Positions 25,435 through 35,635 of a stretch of DNA of 36,572 nucleotides are shown piece after piece; positions within the stretch are counted from its first letter, which is position 1; each line of letters starts with the position of its first letter. Made by a program: the position numbers and the translations under genes. Origin of the DNA: a virus (Duplodnaviria; Caudoviricetes); the IMG/VR virus record IMGVR_UViG_3300025600_000037, positions 1-36,572 of that record; one strand, written 5' to 3'. The notes beneath the pieces are model-generated. The model worked only from the letters and a program-made list of their open reading frames with translations. It had not been told where the DNA came from and did not search any database.

Positions 25435-25854
25435 ATGGCTGCTATTGTATCGTCTGTTGAATACATTGACTGGCGGGCTGGGTCGACAGCAGTCATGACC
25501 GCCGAGCAATTCCCATTTTATGAGACAAAGGCAGAGAGAGAGCTGGCCAGACACACGTTTGGCCAGCTCTCATCTGTTGTTATTGTGGACGATGTTGCGA
25601 CGATTACCATCGATGATGTTGTCACGACACTGGTCCTGGCAGACATCAAAAACTGCATCTGTGAGATCGCGGAATACCTGTTCCAGGCAGAGCAGGCACA
25701 AGCCTCCGGTATGACGTCATTCTCAAATGATGGTCAGTCCGGGAGCTATGATGTCTCGCGCTTCGCTGGGAAGAACGAGATCCGTTCCATCGCGAAGATC
25801 TACCTGTTCGGAACGGTGCTCCTGCGGGCGGGGGTGGATGTATGGCACGGCTGA
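25435..25854 (+). CDS. Head-tail adaptor
   Basis: IKNCICEIAE...SFSNDGQSGSY...YL.GT.LL.AG; position. Confidence 0.8.
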   Translation: MAAIVSSVEYIDWRAGSTAVMTAEQFPFYETKAERELARHTFGQLSSVVIVDDVATITIDDVVTTLVLADIKNCICEIAEYLFQAEQAQASGMTSFSNDGQSGSYDVSRFAGKNEIRSIAKIYLFGTVLLRAGVDVWHG

Positions 25855-26279
25855 ACCCTAACTACATCCAAACGATAACGCTCTGGAACTGCCTAAAAGC
25901 CGTGGATAATCCGGCTGCGAATGTGGATGCCTGGTACAAGACTATTCTGCCCGATTGTTTTTTTAAGGTGGTCACGGCGCAGGTCAACTCCGGATTTAAT
26001 TCGCAGATGTCGGGGGCATACGCGGTACGGATCCCGAAGTCTGCCACGTATCTGTCATACGCAGAGTGGGTGGCCAAAGCTGCCAATCTGCGGGACGGGT
26101 TCTTCACAATGCGAAACGACGATATTGTGATTCTAGGAACTACGGCCGACATGATCACTAGCTTGTCACCAAACACGGCGACGCAGATCCTGTCCAAAAA
26201 CAAGCCGAATGCCTTCAAGGTGACTGCCTGCTCCGACAACTCTGGCAGCATGCAGGGACACTACAGACTGGGGGGCTGA
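25842..26279 (+). CDS. Head closure / stopper protein
   Basis: TITLWN...VRIP...DIVILG...HY; position. Confidence 0.7.
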   Translation: MARLNPNYIQTITLWNCLKAVDNPAANVDAWYKTILPDCFFKVVTAQVNSGFNSQMSGAYAVRIPKSATYLSYAEWVAKAANLRDGFFTMRNDDIVILGTTADMITSLSPNTATQILSKNKPNAFKVTACSDNSGSMQGHYRLGG

Positions 26280-26281
26280 CC

Positions 26282-26689
26282 GTGAAAATCAGCTTCAAAT
26301 TCGACAAGCCGGAAAACCAGATCATCAACGACATGATCGGTGACAAGGTTCAATTATTCGCGGCCAACGAGGCACGAAAGCTCATGCAGCCGTATGTCCC
26401 TGAACTGAATGGTGTTCTGGCTAAAAATGTCCGAACCTATGTTGAGAACGGCCAAGGGATTGTCCACTACCTTTCGCCATATGCCCGGTACCAGTATCAC
26501 GGCAAGCTGATGGTGTCCAGCAAGACAGGATCAGCCTGGTCGCACGGCGAGTACAAGGTGCTGACCAGCGTTGAATTGAACTATTCAAAACCAACGGCAT
26601 CGTCGTACTGGGACAAGGCCATGATGACCGCCAGGGGGCCAGAGCTGACCAAGGCTGTACAGAACTTCATCAAGCAGAAAGGCGGCTGA
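26282..26689 (+). CDS. Neck / tail-completion protein (minor capsid-2-like)
   Basis: MQPYVP...G.L...SPYARYQYHG. Confidence 0.8.
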   Translation: MKISFKFDKPENQIINDMIGDKVQLFAANEARKLMQPYVPELNGVLAKNVRTYVENGQGIVHYLSPYARYQYHGKLMVSSKTGSAWSHGEYKVLTSVELNYSKPTASSYWDKAMMTARGPELTKAVQNFIKQKGG

Positions 26690-26691
26690 TT

Positions 26692-27129
26692 ATGAGCACG
26701 AAACACGACATCATGAAAGCCTACCTGGAGCCGCAGGTTCTGGCTGTGGTCGGGAATGTCCTGAATTTCAATGTTTCAACTGGCACTCCTGACACGATTG
26801 CCTTCATAACTCAGTATGCGAACAAGTATGTCAAACGATACACGCGAAATGCGGGTGTCAAAGAGTACGGATTTGCGATCCTGATCACTAAATCATTTTC
26901 GATAAACACTGACGATCTGAACCTGTTGGCCATGAACATGGCTCAAGCATTCGGTGACTGGATCGACGCACAGAACAAGGCGAAAATCTTCCCGGACTTC
27001 GGGACTAACTGCCAAGTGCGAAAAATCGAGTCACTGCAGAATATGCCCAACCTGGCCGACGTAGATCTTGATGCCTGCATTGCAAAATACATGCTGCAGT
27101 GCAAAGTTACCTACTATGAGGAGGAATAA
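26692..27129 (+). CDS. Tail terminator-like protein
   Basis: C-terminal AKYMLQCKVTY; position before tail tube. Confidence 0.7.
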   Translation: MSTKHDIMKAYLEPQVLAVVGNVLNFNVSTGTPDTIAFITQYANKYVKRYTRNAGVKEYGFAILITKSFSINTDDLNLLAMNMAQAFGDWIDAQNKAKIFPDFGTNCQVRKIESLQNMPNLADVDLDACIAKYMLQCKVTYYEEE

Positions 27130-27133
27130 CAAC

Positions 27134-27640
27134 ATGCTTTTAAGTGCACTTATGACCGGAGTAACTCCGGATCCTGATTTTACTGGCTGGTCGACCAACG
27201 ATGACATGGTACTTGCAATCGATCTTACACCCGCCGCTGTCGTACCTACTGTGAAAACTGCCTATGCAGTGGTACAGACCGGTATTGAGGGACTTGACGC
27301 ACAGCTCAATCCCACCATGACCGAAAAGAACTACATTCGCGCAGGCCAGTCGTCTATCAAGACAGGCAATCAGAGAACGTTCAAACCGGGCGGAGACCGC
27401 TTCATCGGTGACGAGGCACAGGACTATATGCTTTCGTTCGGAGTTGCCCAGGGCAGAGGCAGTGCCTGTGTGACCAACTACGTCTATTTCAATATGCTGA
27501 CGGGTGTTGGTGAGACCGGTCAGGTTTCGATCGTGGTCAATTCTGACGGAGCGGGGAACGCCGGGGAAGCATCGGCAATTGACATCGAACTGAAAAAAGT
27601 CGGCGCCACTCCTACTGCGTACGATTACACAGCTATATAA
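27134..27640 (+). CDS. Major tail tube protein
   Basis: 168 aa; LNP...EKNYI, GDRFIGDEAQDY; GAGGAGG RBS before ATG 27134. Confidence 0.8.
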   Translation: MLLSALMTGVTPDPDFTGWSTNDDMVLAIDLTPAAVVPTVKTAYAVVQTGIEGLDAQLNPTMTEKNYIRAGQSSIKTGNQRTFKPGGDRFIGDEAQDYMLSFGVAQGRGSACVTNYVYFNMLTGVGETGQVSIVVNSDGAGNAGEASAIDIELKKVGATPTAYDYTAI

Positions 27641-27697
27641 GTCGCAGCGGTCGGTAAAGATTTTACAATAGTGGCTTAAAAGCCAGGAGGACCCAAG

Positions 27698-28018
27698 ATG
27701 CAGATGAAAATCAACGAGATCGAGTTCGAGTTTGACCCGACCGACTACCTGAAAGTCAAAGCTGTTGAAGAGGCGCAGGAAACGATGCTCTTGGAAGTGG
27801 AAGAGGCGCAGAAGGTAGAATATCCGGCTAAGTGGATGGAATACAAGGCGTACATCGATATCATGAAAAACTTCTTCATCCACCTGACCGGCGCCGATGT
27901 AATCGGAGACTGCACGAGCTATGACAAGGTACTCGGTTTTGTTGCAGAATTCACCAAAATCATAGTGGCTGCCCGAAATGAAACGATGGCCAAATATTCG
28001 GTGAAACGGGTGAGATAA
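27698..28018 (+). CDS. Tail assembly chaperone
   Basis: MKINEIEFEFD; between tail tube and Gp15-like gene. Confidence 0.7.
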   Translation: MQMKINEIEFEFDPTDYLKVKAVEEAQETMLLEVEEAQKVEYPAKWMEYKAYIDIMKNFFIHLTGADVIGDCTSYDKVLGFVAEFTKIIVAARNETMAKYSVKRVR

Positions 28019-28645
28019 ATGAACATCCTCATTGACGAACTGCCTACAGCGGTCACAATTGCTGGGGAAAAACATTTAGTCAATTGGGGATTCCGAACAT
28101 TCATCCTGATTGAAATCTGCATCTTCGATCAGAAACTATCCGATGACGAACGAATCATGAACGCCTTGTGCCTGTTCTATGGCGATAAACTGCCAGACGA
28201 CCCGACACAGGCGTTTGAAACAATGATGTGGTTTTATCGAGGTGGGAAGGCCGAACCGAAGGAATCGGCTAAAGGCAAGGGCGCGTCACTCAAGCGGTGC
28301 TACTGTTTCGAGGTTGACGCGCCCTATATCTATTCAGCTTTCCGGACCCAGTATCGGATTGATCTGCAGGACCTGAGTAGCGAAGACCTGCATTGGTGGA
28401 AATTCAAGGCAATGTTTGAGTCCCTTAATGATGAGTTGAAAATGTCAAAGATCATGGGGTACCGGGTCACGAAGACCACGGGCATGGGCAAAGAACAAAA
28501 GTCGTTCTATGCCGACATGAAAAAACTATACGCTCTGGACGTCGAGGAGACGGCCGACTCGAAAATGAAGCTCGCAAAACGCGACACTGACATGAAGAAC
28601 TATATCAAACGAAGAATAACGGAAGTATCCGATAAAGGCAGGTGA
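28019..28645 (+). CDS. Gp15-like tail assembly protein (A118 type)
   Basis: FEVDAPYIYSAFRTQYRIDL...LHWWKFKAMFESL...IMGYR. Confidence 0.88.
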   Translation: MNILIDELPTAVTIAGEKHLVNWGFRTFILIEICIFDQKLSDDERIMNALCLFYGDKLPDDPTQAFETMMWFYRGGKAEPKESAKGKGASLKRCYCFEVDAPYIYSAFRTQYRIDLQDLSSEDLHWWKFKAMFESLNDELKMSKIMGYRVTKTTGMGKEQKSFYADMKKLYALDVEETADSKMKLAKRDTDMKNYIKRRITEVSDKGR

Positions 28646-31470
28646 GAGCATTGAACGACGGTACTGTAAAAATTGGTACAGAGCTGGATCAGACTGGATT
28701 TAAGACTGGTTTGAACGGGCTGGAATCGTCTGCCTCCAAAGGCTTCGGCGGAGTTGGTAAGGTTGCATCCGCAATGGCGACTGCGACGGTTGCCGCTCTG
28801 GCTGCTGTTGGCGCTGGTATGGGCGCCGCAGCTACCGTTGGGCTAAAATACAACTCACAAATGGAAAACTACATGGCGTCGTTTACTACGATGCTTGGAG
28901 ACGAATCTACGGCCTTACAGAAGGTAGAGGAACTCAAGAAACTGGCTGCCGCAACTCCCTACGAAATGGGTGACCTGGCAGATGGAACTAAAACCCTGCT
29001 GGCATTTGGCATCGCAAACAAAGACACGACCGCCGACCTTACCATGCTTGGTGATATTTCTTTAGGCAATGTTGAAAAACTCAAATCATTGACAATGGCA
29101 TTCGGCAAAGCATCGTCTCAGGGTAAGATGACCGGTGAAAATCTGCAAATGATGATTGAGGCCGGATTTAATCCACTCAAAATCATTTCCGAAACAACCG
29201 GCGAATCAATTTCCGATCTGACCGACAGAATGTCTAAGGGTGGGATATCTGCAGATGAAATGGCAGGCGCTTTCAAGGTAGCAACGTCTGAGGGCGGCCA
29301 GTTTTACAAGGGCATGGAGATTGCTTCTAAGACCACAGACGGCCTAATCTCCACACTCAAGGATAATGCGAATGCCTTTCTTGGCAAAGTTATGGAGCCG
29401 ATCTCAAAAGCAATCAAGGACGTCCTGATTCCTGCAGCTCTTTCGGCTGTTGATAAACTGACGACCGCTTTCACAAAAGACGGAATACCGGGCATGATCG
29501 GGGCAGTGAAACAACTCGTTCCTGTTTTGGCTCCCGTGATTGGCTTTTTCGAATGGGTAGTGGACAACGGAAAATCTATCGCAACAGTGCTCGGAATTAT
29601 TACCGCTGCTGTTTTAGCTTATAAAACTGCAGTCCTTGCTCAACTTGTTGTTCAGGAACTGTCAAATGCAGCCGCGGCTGTCGGTGCGATCGTCACAGGC
29701 TTGTTAACAGGTGCAAAGACCGTTGAAGTTGGTGTTACGGGATCTGCGACTGCTGCGCAATGGCTATTAAATGCAGCAATGGCAGCAAACCCGGCGGGTA
29801 TTGTCATAGCAGCAATTGCGGCATTGGTTGCTGGCCTTGTGATTTTTTCCATGCAGACAAGCGATGCAACAAAAGCAACGGAAGATCTTTTGGATGAATC
29901 AAAAGATCTTGTAAAGTCTTGCGATGATGCAGCAGAAGCATTCGCAGATCAAAGCGCCGAGATTGACACCAACGCTGCCGTAACACAAAAGCTATCTGAT
30001 GAATTGTACGCACTTTCAGGAAAAGAAAATAAGTCAAATACGGAAAAGGCAAGAATGACCGAACTGGTCGCGTTGCTCAATAAGCAAATGCCGGAGTTGA
30101 ACCTGACAATTGACGCACAAACAGGTGCGCTTAATAAGAGCAAGACAGCAGTTGATGATTTAATTAAGTCAAAACTGCAAGAAATCAAGTTGCAGGCGAG
30201 CGAGGAAGAGCTATTAAGGCTCTACAAAGAACAAGTCACAATAGCTGGCGAAAGGAAAAAGGCGCAGGAAGCATTAACAACCGCGGAGGCGGCGTATAAA
30301 AAAGCGCAAGCCGATGGAGCGTTTCTTCTTGGCGATTATGGAAAGGCGGTTTATGCCGCTCGTGACGCCGTTAACCTTCTGGCCACAGCTCAAACCGAAA
30401 ACGTATCTAGCATAACAGATCAGGAAACCGCTGTCGGAAGCCTTACAGTAGCTGTTGATAAAATGGCTGACGGCGCGGACGAATCGGCGCGCGTTATCGA
30501 TGATATCAATAAGGGGGCCAATACCAATCTGGCGCTATCAGCCGAGGAAACAAAGAAAATCCTTGACCAAAAAAAGAAAAATCTTGATGAATACAACGCC
30601 GCGTGGATCAAAGCTGCCGACACTGCCAGATCCCAAATGGGCGGTATTGAGGACAAGGGCATTGAAAAAAGTAAACTGACAGCCGCACAAGTAAAGATAA
30701 ATCTGGAAGCTCAAATCAAGGATTGGCAGAACTGGCAGGCTGGTATTAAAGCGCTGGCAGCCAAGGTTCCGGAAGACGTCATGTTCGAGCTTCGCGCCTT
30801 GGGACCGGGCTCTGACTTAATCATTGACGACCTTAATAAAATGACAAACAAGCAACTGGCCGCGTGGATAGCCACTTGGCGCACTTCGGCGAAACTGGTA
30901 ACCGCCGCTGCCGTAGAAGGAACGGCTGGTCTTCCCGGGGCGATAGAGATGGCCGCTGCTGCCGCAATCGAAGCATTGAGTGACCTGCCAGGCGAGATGT
31001 ACACCTACGGCGCAAACGCGGGGCAGGGATTTGTCAATGGCATTTACAGCAAAACTACAGCGGCCAGATTAGCGGCTGAGGCTTTAGCAAGGGCTACTAG
31101 AGGCGCTACATCGCAGGTTCGATTTAATTCGTTGCCAGCATATGCGCTCGGAACTGATTACGTGCCTAGGACGGGACTTGCACTCCTGCATAAGGGCGAG
31201 GCAGTTATACCTGCGGATTTAGTCAGGTCAGCACAGGGCGTAACCTTTGCCAGCATGGTGTCGAGCATGCAGGGGCAGGCTTACGGTCGGTCTGTTCCAA
31301 ACGAGACAACGGCGCTTCGGGCGTTTATGCCCAACTTTGCCAATCCACCCCTAAGATCCGTGTCAAAAGGACCGGAGAACATTGTCATCCCTGTGTATAT
31401 CGGCAATGGACTCATAGAGGAAATTGTTGTAAACGCTGCGGATAATTACGCAATCAAGAAAAACAGGTGA
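28642..31470 (+). CDS. Tape measure protein
   Basis: 942 aa, Ala-rich; DGTVKIGTELD; FTTMLG...AAATPYE; AAQWLLNAAMAANP; ALLHKGEAVIP. Confidence 0.93.
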   Translation: MRALNDGTVKIGTELDQTGFKTGLNGLESSASKGFGGVGKVASAMATATVAALAAVGAGMGAAATVGLKYNSQMENYMASFTTMLGDESTALQKVEELKKLAAATPYEMGDLADGTKTLLAFGIANKDTTADLTMLGDISLGNVEKLKSLTMAFGKASSQGKMTGENLQMMIEAGFNPLKIISETTGESISDLTDRMSKGGISADEMAGAFKVATSEGGQFYKGMEIASKTTDGLISTLKDNANAFLGKVMEPISKAIKDVLIPAALSAVDKLTTAFTKDGIPGMIGAVKQLVPVLAPVIGFFEWVVDNGKSIATVLGIITAAVLAYKTAVLAQLVVQELSNAAAAVGAIVTGLLTGAKTVEVGVTGSATAAQWLLNAAMAANPAGIVIAAIAALVAGLVIFSMQTSDATKATEDLLDESKDLVKSCDDAAEAFADQSAEIDTNAAVTQKLSDELYALSGKENKSNTEKARMTELVALLNKQMPELNLTIDAQTGALNKSKTAVDDLIKSKLQEIKLQASEEELLRLYKEQVTIAGERKKAQEALTTAEAAYKKAQADGAFLLGDYGKAVYAARDAVNLLATAQTENVSSITDQETAVGSLTVAVDKMADGADESARVIDDINKGANTNLALSAEETKKILDQKKKNLDEYNAAWIKAADTARSQMGGIEDKGIEKSKLTAAQVKINLEAQIKDWQNWQAGIKALAAKVPEDVMFELRALGPGSDLIIDDLNKMTNKQLAAWIATWRTSAKLVTAAAVEGTAGLPGAIEMAAAAAIEALSDLPGEMYTYGANAGQGFVNGIYSKTTAARLAAEALARATRGATSQVRFNSLPAYALGTDYVPRTGLALLHKGEAVIPADLVRSAQGVTFASMVSSMQGQAYGRSVPNETTALRAFMPNFANPPLRSVSKGPENIVIPVYIGNGLIEEIVVNAADNYAIKKNR

Positions 31471-31811
31471 TATCAATGTCAATACTGACAATCGGCGCAA
31501 CAGATCTCGACGATATGATCAACACGTACTCAGTGCATAAGGAAGATGTCATTGCCGAATCCGGTACCTCCGAAACCGGTGTTGACTGGGATCAGCGCGT
31601 GAGAGCCGGAAAAGCAACGGTCACGGTTGAGTTTACCTTCACCGATGCCGAGCTGGCGGCTTTTGCGGCTCTGATTGCCGATCCGTATTTTTCAATGACG
31701 TATCTGTGTAGGGGCAGTCAGGCAACAGGCACTTTCAAGGTCAGAGCGAGCGATGAAAACATGCTTGCCGATGATCTCTGGGAGTCTGAAATTACTTTTG
31801 AGGAGCTGTAA
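31467..31811 (+). CDS. Distal tail protein-like
   Basis: 114 aa directly after tape measure; ends ITFEEL. Confidence 0.65.
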   Translation: MISMSILTIGATDLDDMINTYSVHKEDVIAESGTSETGVDWDQRVRAGKATVTVEFTFTDAELAAFAALIADPYFSMTYLCRGSQATGTFKVRASDENMLADDLWESEITFEEL

Positions 31812-31813
31812 TT

Positions 31814-33463
31814 ATGCCATCAAATGATTATCTGGCAATTCTGGCTGATCCGACACAGGCGCGGGACTATGCCGCCTCACTTACGATTTACGGGACTCCG
31901 GATACCACGCTGGGCGATGCAAACATTTTAGCCGGTTCGATGAAATATTCTGAATCAACAGCATCCGGAAGCGAGATTTCCATCGGGACAACAGTCATGT
32001 CTGAGTTGAATCTGACATTACTGAATCTCGCCGGAGAACTGGACGGTGTCGCTCTCCAAAACAGCGCCTTGCTTTGTCAAGTGGGGTTGATGGTAGACGC
32101 TACACGTGAATGGGTGAACCTGGGTTACTTCATTGTGGTCCAGGCCCTGCGCGGGCTAAAGACCATCCCTATCAAAGCCTATGACCGCATGGTTCTGACT
32201 GAGCGCCCCTTTTACCTGGCCGGAGTCACCTATCCCTGCACGATCAGCGAGGCATTGAGCGATATTTGTCTGGCCTGCGGCATCACGACAACTGGATTGA
32301 CCGGAACAAACAGTGCAATCACTCTGACAGGGATCCCTGAAAGCAGCCGCATGACCTGCCGCGATGCAATCGGCTATCTGGCTATGCTCTGCGGCAAAGT
32401 CGCAAGGTTCTCGCGCGCGGGGGTGCTTGAATTTGTCTGGTACGGCACGACGCCCACAATGACAATCACGCCCGAACTTCGGGACGTTTTGAAATGCGAT
32501 CCCGTACAGATCAGTTTGACCGGCGTTGAGTATGTCGCAGTGGACTCGAACAATGTCCAGACAACCTACAGAGCTGGCACAAACGACTATTGTTTGTCCT
32601 TGGCAGAGAACCCGTTTATGACAGGACAGGATGTGCAGGCAATACTTGACGGGATCTGGGCGGACATCGGGGCGTCAAGCTACTACATTTTTGACTGTGA
32701 CCTGCAAGGCGATCCGTCCTTCCTGGCAGCTGATGCTATCTCGCTAGTGCTGCCGGACACGACAACCATTAACACGATTATCATGACACACAACTATTCC
32801 TATCGCGGGCACTCTGTTTTATCTGCGGCTGGCAGGGCAACAGCACTTGCACAGTACAAACCGGCGGCCGAAAAACAACTATCCGCAATCGCTCAGGCCG
32901 AACAAATCGCGGTGCAGAAGCTGACCACGTATCAGCTGGCAATGCTTCAACTAAACGAGTTTTCCGCACAGTCAACAGGGCTTTACCCGTCATCCGAAAC
33001 ACTTCCGGACGGGTCAGTTATTTACTACCAGCACGATCACCCTTTGCGGGCAGACAGTATTTTTATTTGGCGGCAGACAGCCACAACCTTTACATACTCC
33101 GCAGATGGCGGGGGGACATGGAACGGCATCGACGCGGCCGGCAACATTTTAGCAAGGGTCCTGACGGCTATCGGGGTTAATGCAAGCTGGCTCAATGCGG
33201 GGCAGGTCGACACTAACCTCATTATTATCGGTGCGCAGACGCTCACGGAAACCATCGCAGGCTTGACCGCATCAATCGCGGCTGTGTCGGGTGGGGGAAC
33301 AAACTTCATTCAAAATTCAGCGTGGGGGACCTACGACGCGCCATCGTTGTACTGGTGGTATAACGGCATAACGTGGCAACTGTTAGAGGAGCGAATTGAC
33401 ACATGGGCAGAATTTGAAGCTAATATCGCGACTTGGGCAGATTTCGAAGCGTACACATGGTAA
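31814..33463 (+). CDS. Tail tip / baseplate hub protein
   Basis: IKAYDRM, YPCTI, RFSRAG.LEF.WY, SADGGGTW, GVNASWLNAG; C-terminal TW repeats. Confidence 0.8.
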   Translation: MPSNDYLAILADPTQARDYAASLTIYGTPDTTLGDANILAGSMKYSESTASGSEISIGTTVMSELNLTLLNLAGELDGVALQNSALLCQVGLMVDATREWVNLGYFIVVQALRGLKTIPIKAYDRMVLTERPFYLAGVTYPCTISEALSDICLACGITTTGLTGTNSAITLTGIPESSRMTCRDAIGYLAMLCGKVARFSRAGVLEFVWYGTTPTMTITPELRDVLKCDPVQISLTGVEYVAVDSNNVQTTYRAGTNDYCLSLAENPFMTGQDVQAILDGIWADIGASSYYIFDCDLQGDPSFLAADAISLVLPDTTTINTIIMTHNYSYRGHSVLSAAGRATALAQYKPAAEKQLSAIAQAEQIAVQKLTTYQLAMLQLNEFSAQSTGLYPSSETLPDGSVIYYQHDHPLRADSIFIWRQTATTFTYSADGGGTWNGIDAAGNILARVLTAIGVNASWLNAGQVDTNLIIIGAQTLTETIAGLTASIAAVSGGGTNFIQNSAWGTYDAPSLYWWYNGITWQLLEERIDTWAEFEANIATWADFEAYTW

Positions 33464-33475
33464 GGGGGTACAGAA

Positions 33476-34951
33476 ATGCCGATTGATACAAGCATCCAGT
33501 TTAACGGCCACAATTCGTACCGCGTCACCGAAACGGTCTTTTGCGATCCGTTCGGCGTCGAGGGTATAGCGTATGTCACGCACTCATTCAACGCCTACGC
33601 TACATCAGCGTTGGGTGCAGCCACGCGCGCAAGAACGCGATTCTTCAAGGCGGACGGATCCATTGCCGGTACAACCGATCATTCTTTCACGGTTGCGGCT
33701 ATTTTTACCGAGGTTGATATAACCGTTGCGGTACCTGCTGATTCGGTTTTATGCCAGATGTCATTTTTAACCTCTGGTACATGGTGGGTCGCTGAACCAA
33801 AGTCCGAAGAGGGGCAGACAGCCACGCCGTACAACACCAACTATCAGGGGCAGCTGTCCATGCTCACACCTGACGGTGCCTATCTAGGGATGCTCACAAC
33901 AGCACAGATCGTTGTTGCCGGAACGCTGGCCGCACCCACGGAGTCACTAAATACCAGGCTTGTAACGATCAATAACAACGCGATCAACCTGTCATCCACG
34001 GTCTCTGGGCAAGGCACGGAGATTACCAATATCCAAGCGGGACAGATCACTCTTGCAGAGGTAGACACAGCTCATGGCAATCGATTGACCAGAATTGAGG
34101 CAGGAGTAATCATTGTCAGCGGCTCGGCAAGTTACGCAGCTGGGTACGATCCGACGAGCAAAGAAACACCGGCAGGAGCGCAGGCTAGAGTCGATTGGCT
34201 TGCCAACCAGCTGGGTGATCTGGCTCTTGACGATTTGGTTATGACAGCCATGACGCGCGAAACTATTATCGTTGGTGGGCATCTTAAGACTTCGCTGATT
34301 GACGTTGAAACTTTGATTGCGCAGATGGTTTTAACCAATAGTCTGGTAGCCGCACGAATCATGACAGTTGCTGGGAGCAACAATTATGGCGAAGTTGGTA
34401 ATCTTTCGGGACGTGGAATAGGTCTAGATTTAATTGCCCACGGTGTTGCTTTTGCGTCAATATGTGCCCTTGCGAACGGGTCCTTTGCATTTTATGACGG
34501 AGCAGCAGAGCATCAAAGAATTGCAGTGCAAACAGACAGTTCATTTCAGTTTTGGACTAATGCCGAGTCACTTTCGCTATGGCTTATGCCCGAAGGCAGT
34601 GCTCGAATTGCAAATGACTGTTCGGCTTTATCTTTTACCGACAGAACAATCGGCTACAAGGGTGACGCACTGACAGAATTAGCGTCCGTCACAACCGACA
34701 AAGACGGAATGATTGACCACACAACACTTCCTGAACTTGCTCGTAAAAAAGTCAAGGGACTTAAAAACAAAACAGATGTTGGTGGAAATCCGATCAAAGA
34801 CAAAGACGGAATAATCACGACAGAAAAATTTGAGGAAGATGGTCGCGATCTGGGAGCTATGATCTCGATCCTGACTGTCGCGGCGCAACAATTGACTGAA
34901 ATCACTAAAAAACAGCAAGTGGAAATTGACAAACTAACTAAAAAATTATAG
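33476..34951 (+). CDS. Tail fibre/spike protein, possibly with C-terminal intramolecular chaperone
   Basis: PKSEEGQTATPY; coiled and beta-repeat middle; DRT...DAL..L...DLGAMISILTVAAQQL and terminal coiled coil. Confidence 0.75.
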   Translation: MPIDTSIQFNGHNSYRVTETVFCDPFGVEGIAYVTHSFNAYATSALGAATRARTRFFKADGSIAGTTDHSFTVAAIFTEVDITVAVPADSVLCQMSFLTSGTWWVAEPKSEEGQTATPYNTNYQGQLSMLTPDGAYLGMLTTAQIVVAGTLAAPTESLNTRLVTINNNAINLSSTVSGQGTEITNIQAGQITLAEVDTAHGNRLTRIEAGVIIVSGSASYAAGYDPTSKETPAGAQARVDWLANQLGDLALDDLVMTAMTRETIIVGGHLKTSLIDVETLIAQMVLTNSLVAARIMTVAGSNNYGEVGNLSGRGIGLDLIAHGVAFASICALANGSFAFYDGAAEHQRIAVQTDSSFQFWTNAESLSLWLMPEGSARIANDCSALSFTDRTIGYKGDALTELASVTTDKDGMIDHTTLPELARKKVKGLKNKTDVGGNPIKDKDGIITTEKFEEDGRDLGAMISILTVAAQQLTEITKKQQVEIDKLTKKL

Positions 34952-34960
34952 GAGGCACGC

Positions 34961-35107
34961 ATGAACGGAGATCAAATCATCCAGCGCATGGCAGCACGCA
35001 TCGCCAATCTGATCGTTGAGAGCGAAATGCTGCGACAAGAGAATATCGAAATGAATCAATTATTGCAAAAGGAGGTCAAACCAGATGGCAGCAGCAGCGA
35101 CACCTAA
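34961..35107 (+). CDS. Small coiled-coil protein (48 aa, not in ORF track)
   Basis: MNGDQIIQRMAARIANLIVESEMLRQEN...; AGGAGG RBS. Confidence 0.7.
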   Translation: MNGDQIIQRMAARIANLIVESEMLRQENIEMNQLLQKEVKPDGSSSDT

Positions 35108-35582
35108 TCTAGGACTACCGCAGTGGACGGGCAGTGAAGAGCTGGAGGGCCACGTCATGAACGATTTCAATGCGGCGTTTTTGGCGATTGATGGTATTGG
35201 CGTCATGGCAGCGTGGACGCCAACTTTATCGGGCATAACAATCGGGTCAGGAACTGTGGATGCACGATATTGTAAAATCGGAAAACTTGTCTATTTCGAG
35301 ATTAATATAGTTCTTGCCGCTAATTCAAGCATTACAGGGGCTGTTTCATTTTCTATTCCTTCTGCCTCACGATCTACAAGATTTATTTATGGTTTCATTA
35401 TTGATGCTGGTGCAACGTTTTATATGTTGTCCGGAGAAGTTATTTATTCAGCCTGTAATTGTTGGGCGGTAGGATCAGCAGGTGGCTATGTTACACCTTT
35501 TACAGCATTATCGTCAACTGTACCTATGACTTGGGCAACTGGTGATTCATTACATTTGTCTGGAACATATGAAGTTGCTTAA
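35085..35582 (+). CDS. Receptor-binding / tail fibre tip protein
   Basis: TPNLGLPQW..ND FN.AF..ID adaptor; WTPTL...RYCKIGKLVY...SGTYE head domain. Confidence 0.75.
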   Translation: MAAAATPNLGLPQWTGSEELEGHVMNDFNAAFLAIDGIGVMAAWTPTLSGITIGSGTVDARYCKIGKLVYFEINIVLAANSSITGAVSFSIPSASRSTRFIYGFIIDAGATFYMLSGEVIYSACNCWAVGSAGGYVTPFTALSSTVPMTWATGDSLHLSGTYEVA

Positions 35583-35635
35583 TCGTCGCGCTCGGATCAG
35601 AGTGAATATTTAATATTGAAAGGGTGGGATAGGAG

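Noticed and set aside
27140-28075. Long minus-strand ORFs such as 27140-28075, 14574-15200 and 35863-36486
   Set aside because: Antisense shadows of well-supported plus-strand genes; no RBS or recognisable motifs
33476-35582. Diversity-generating retroelement acting on tail fibres
   Set aside because: No reverse transcriptase and no template/variable repeat pair seen in the genome
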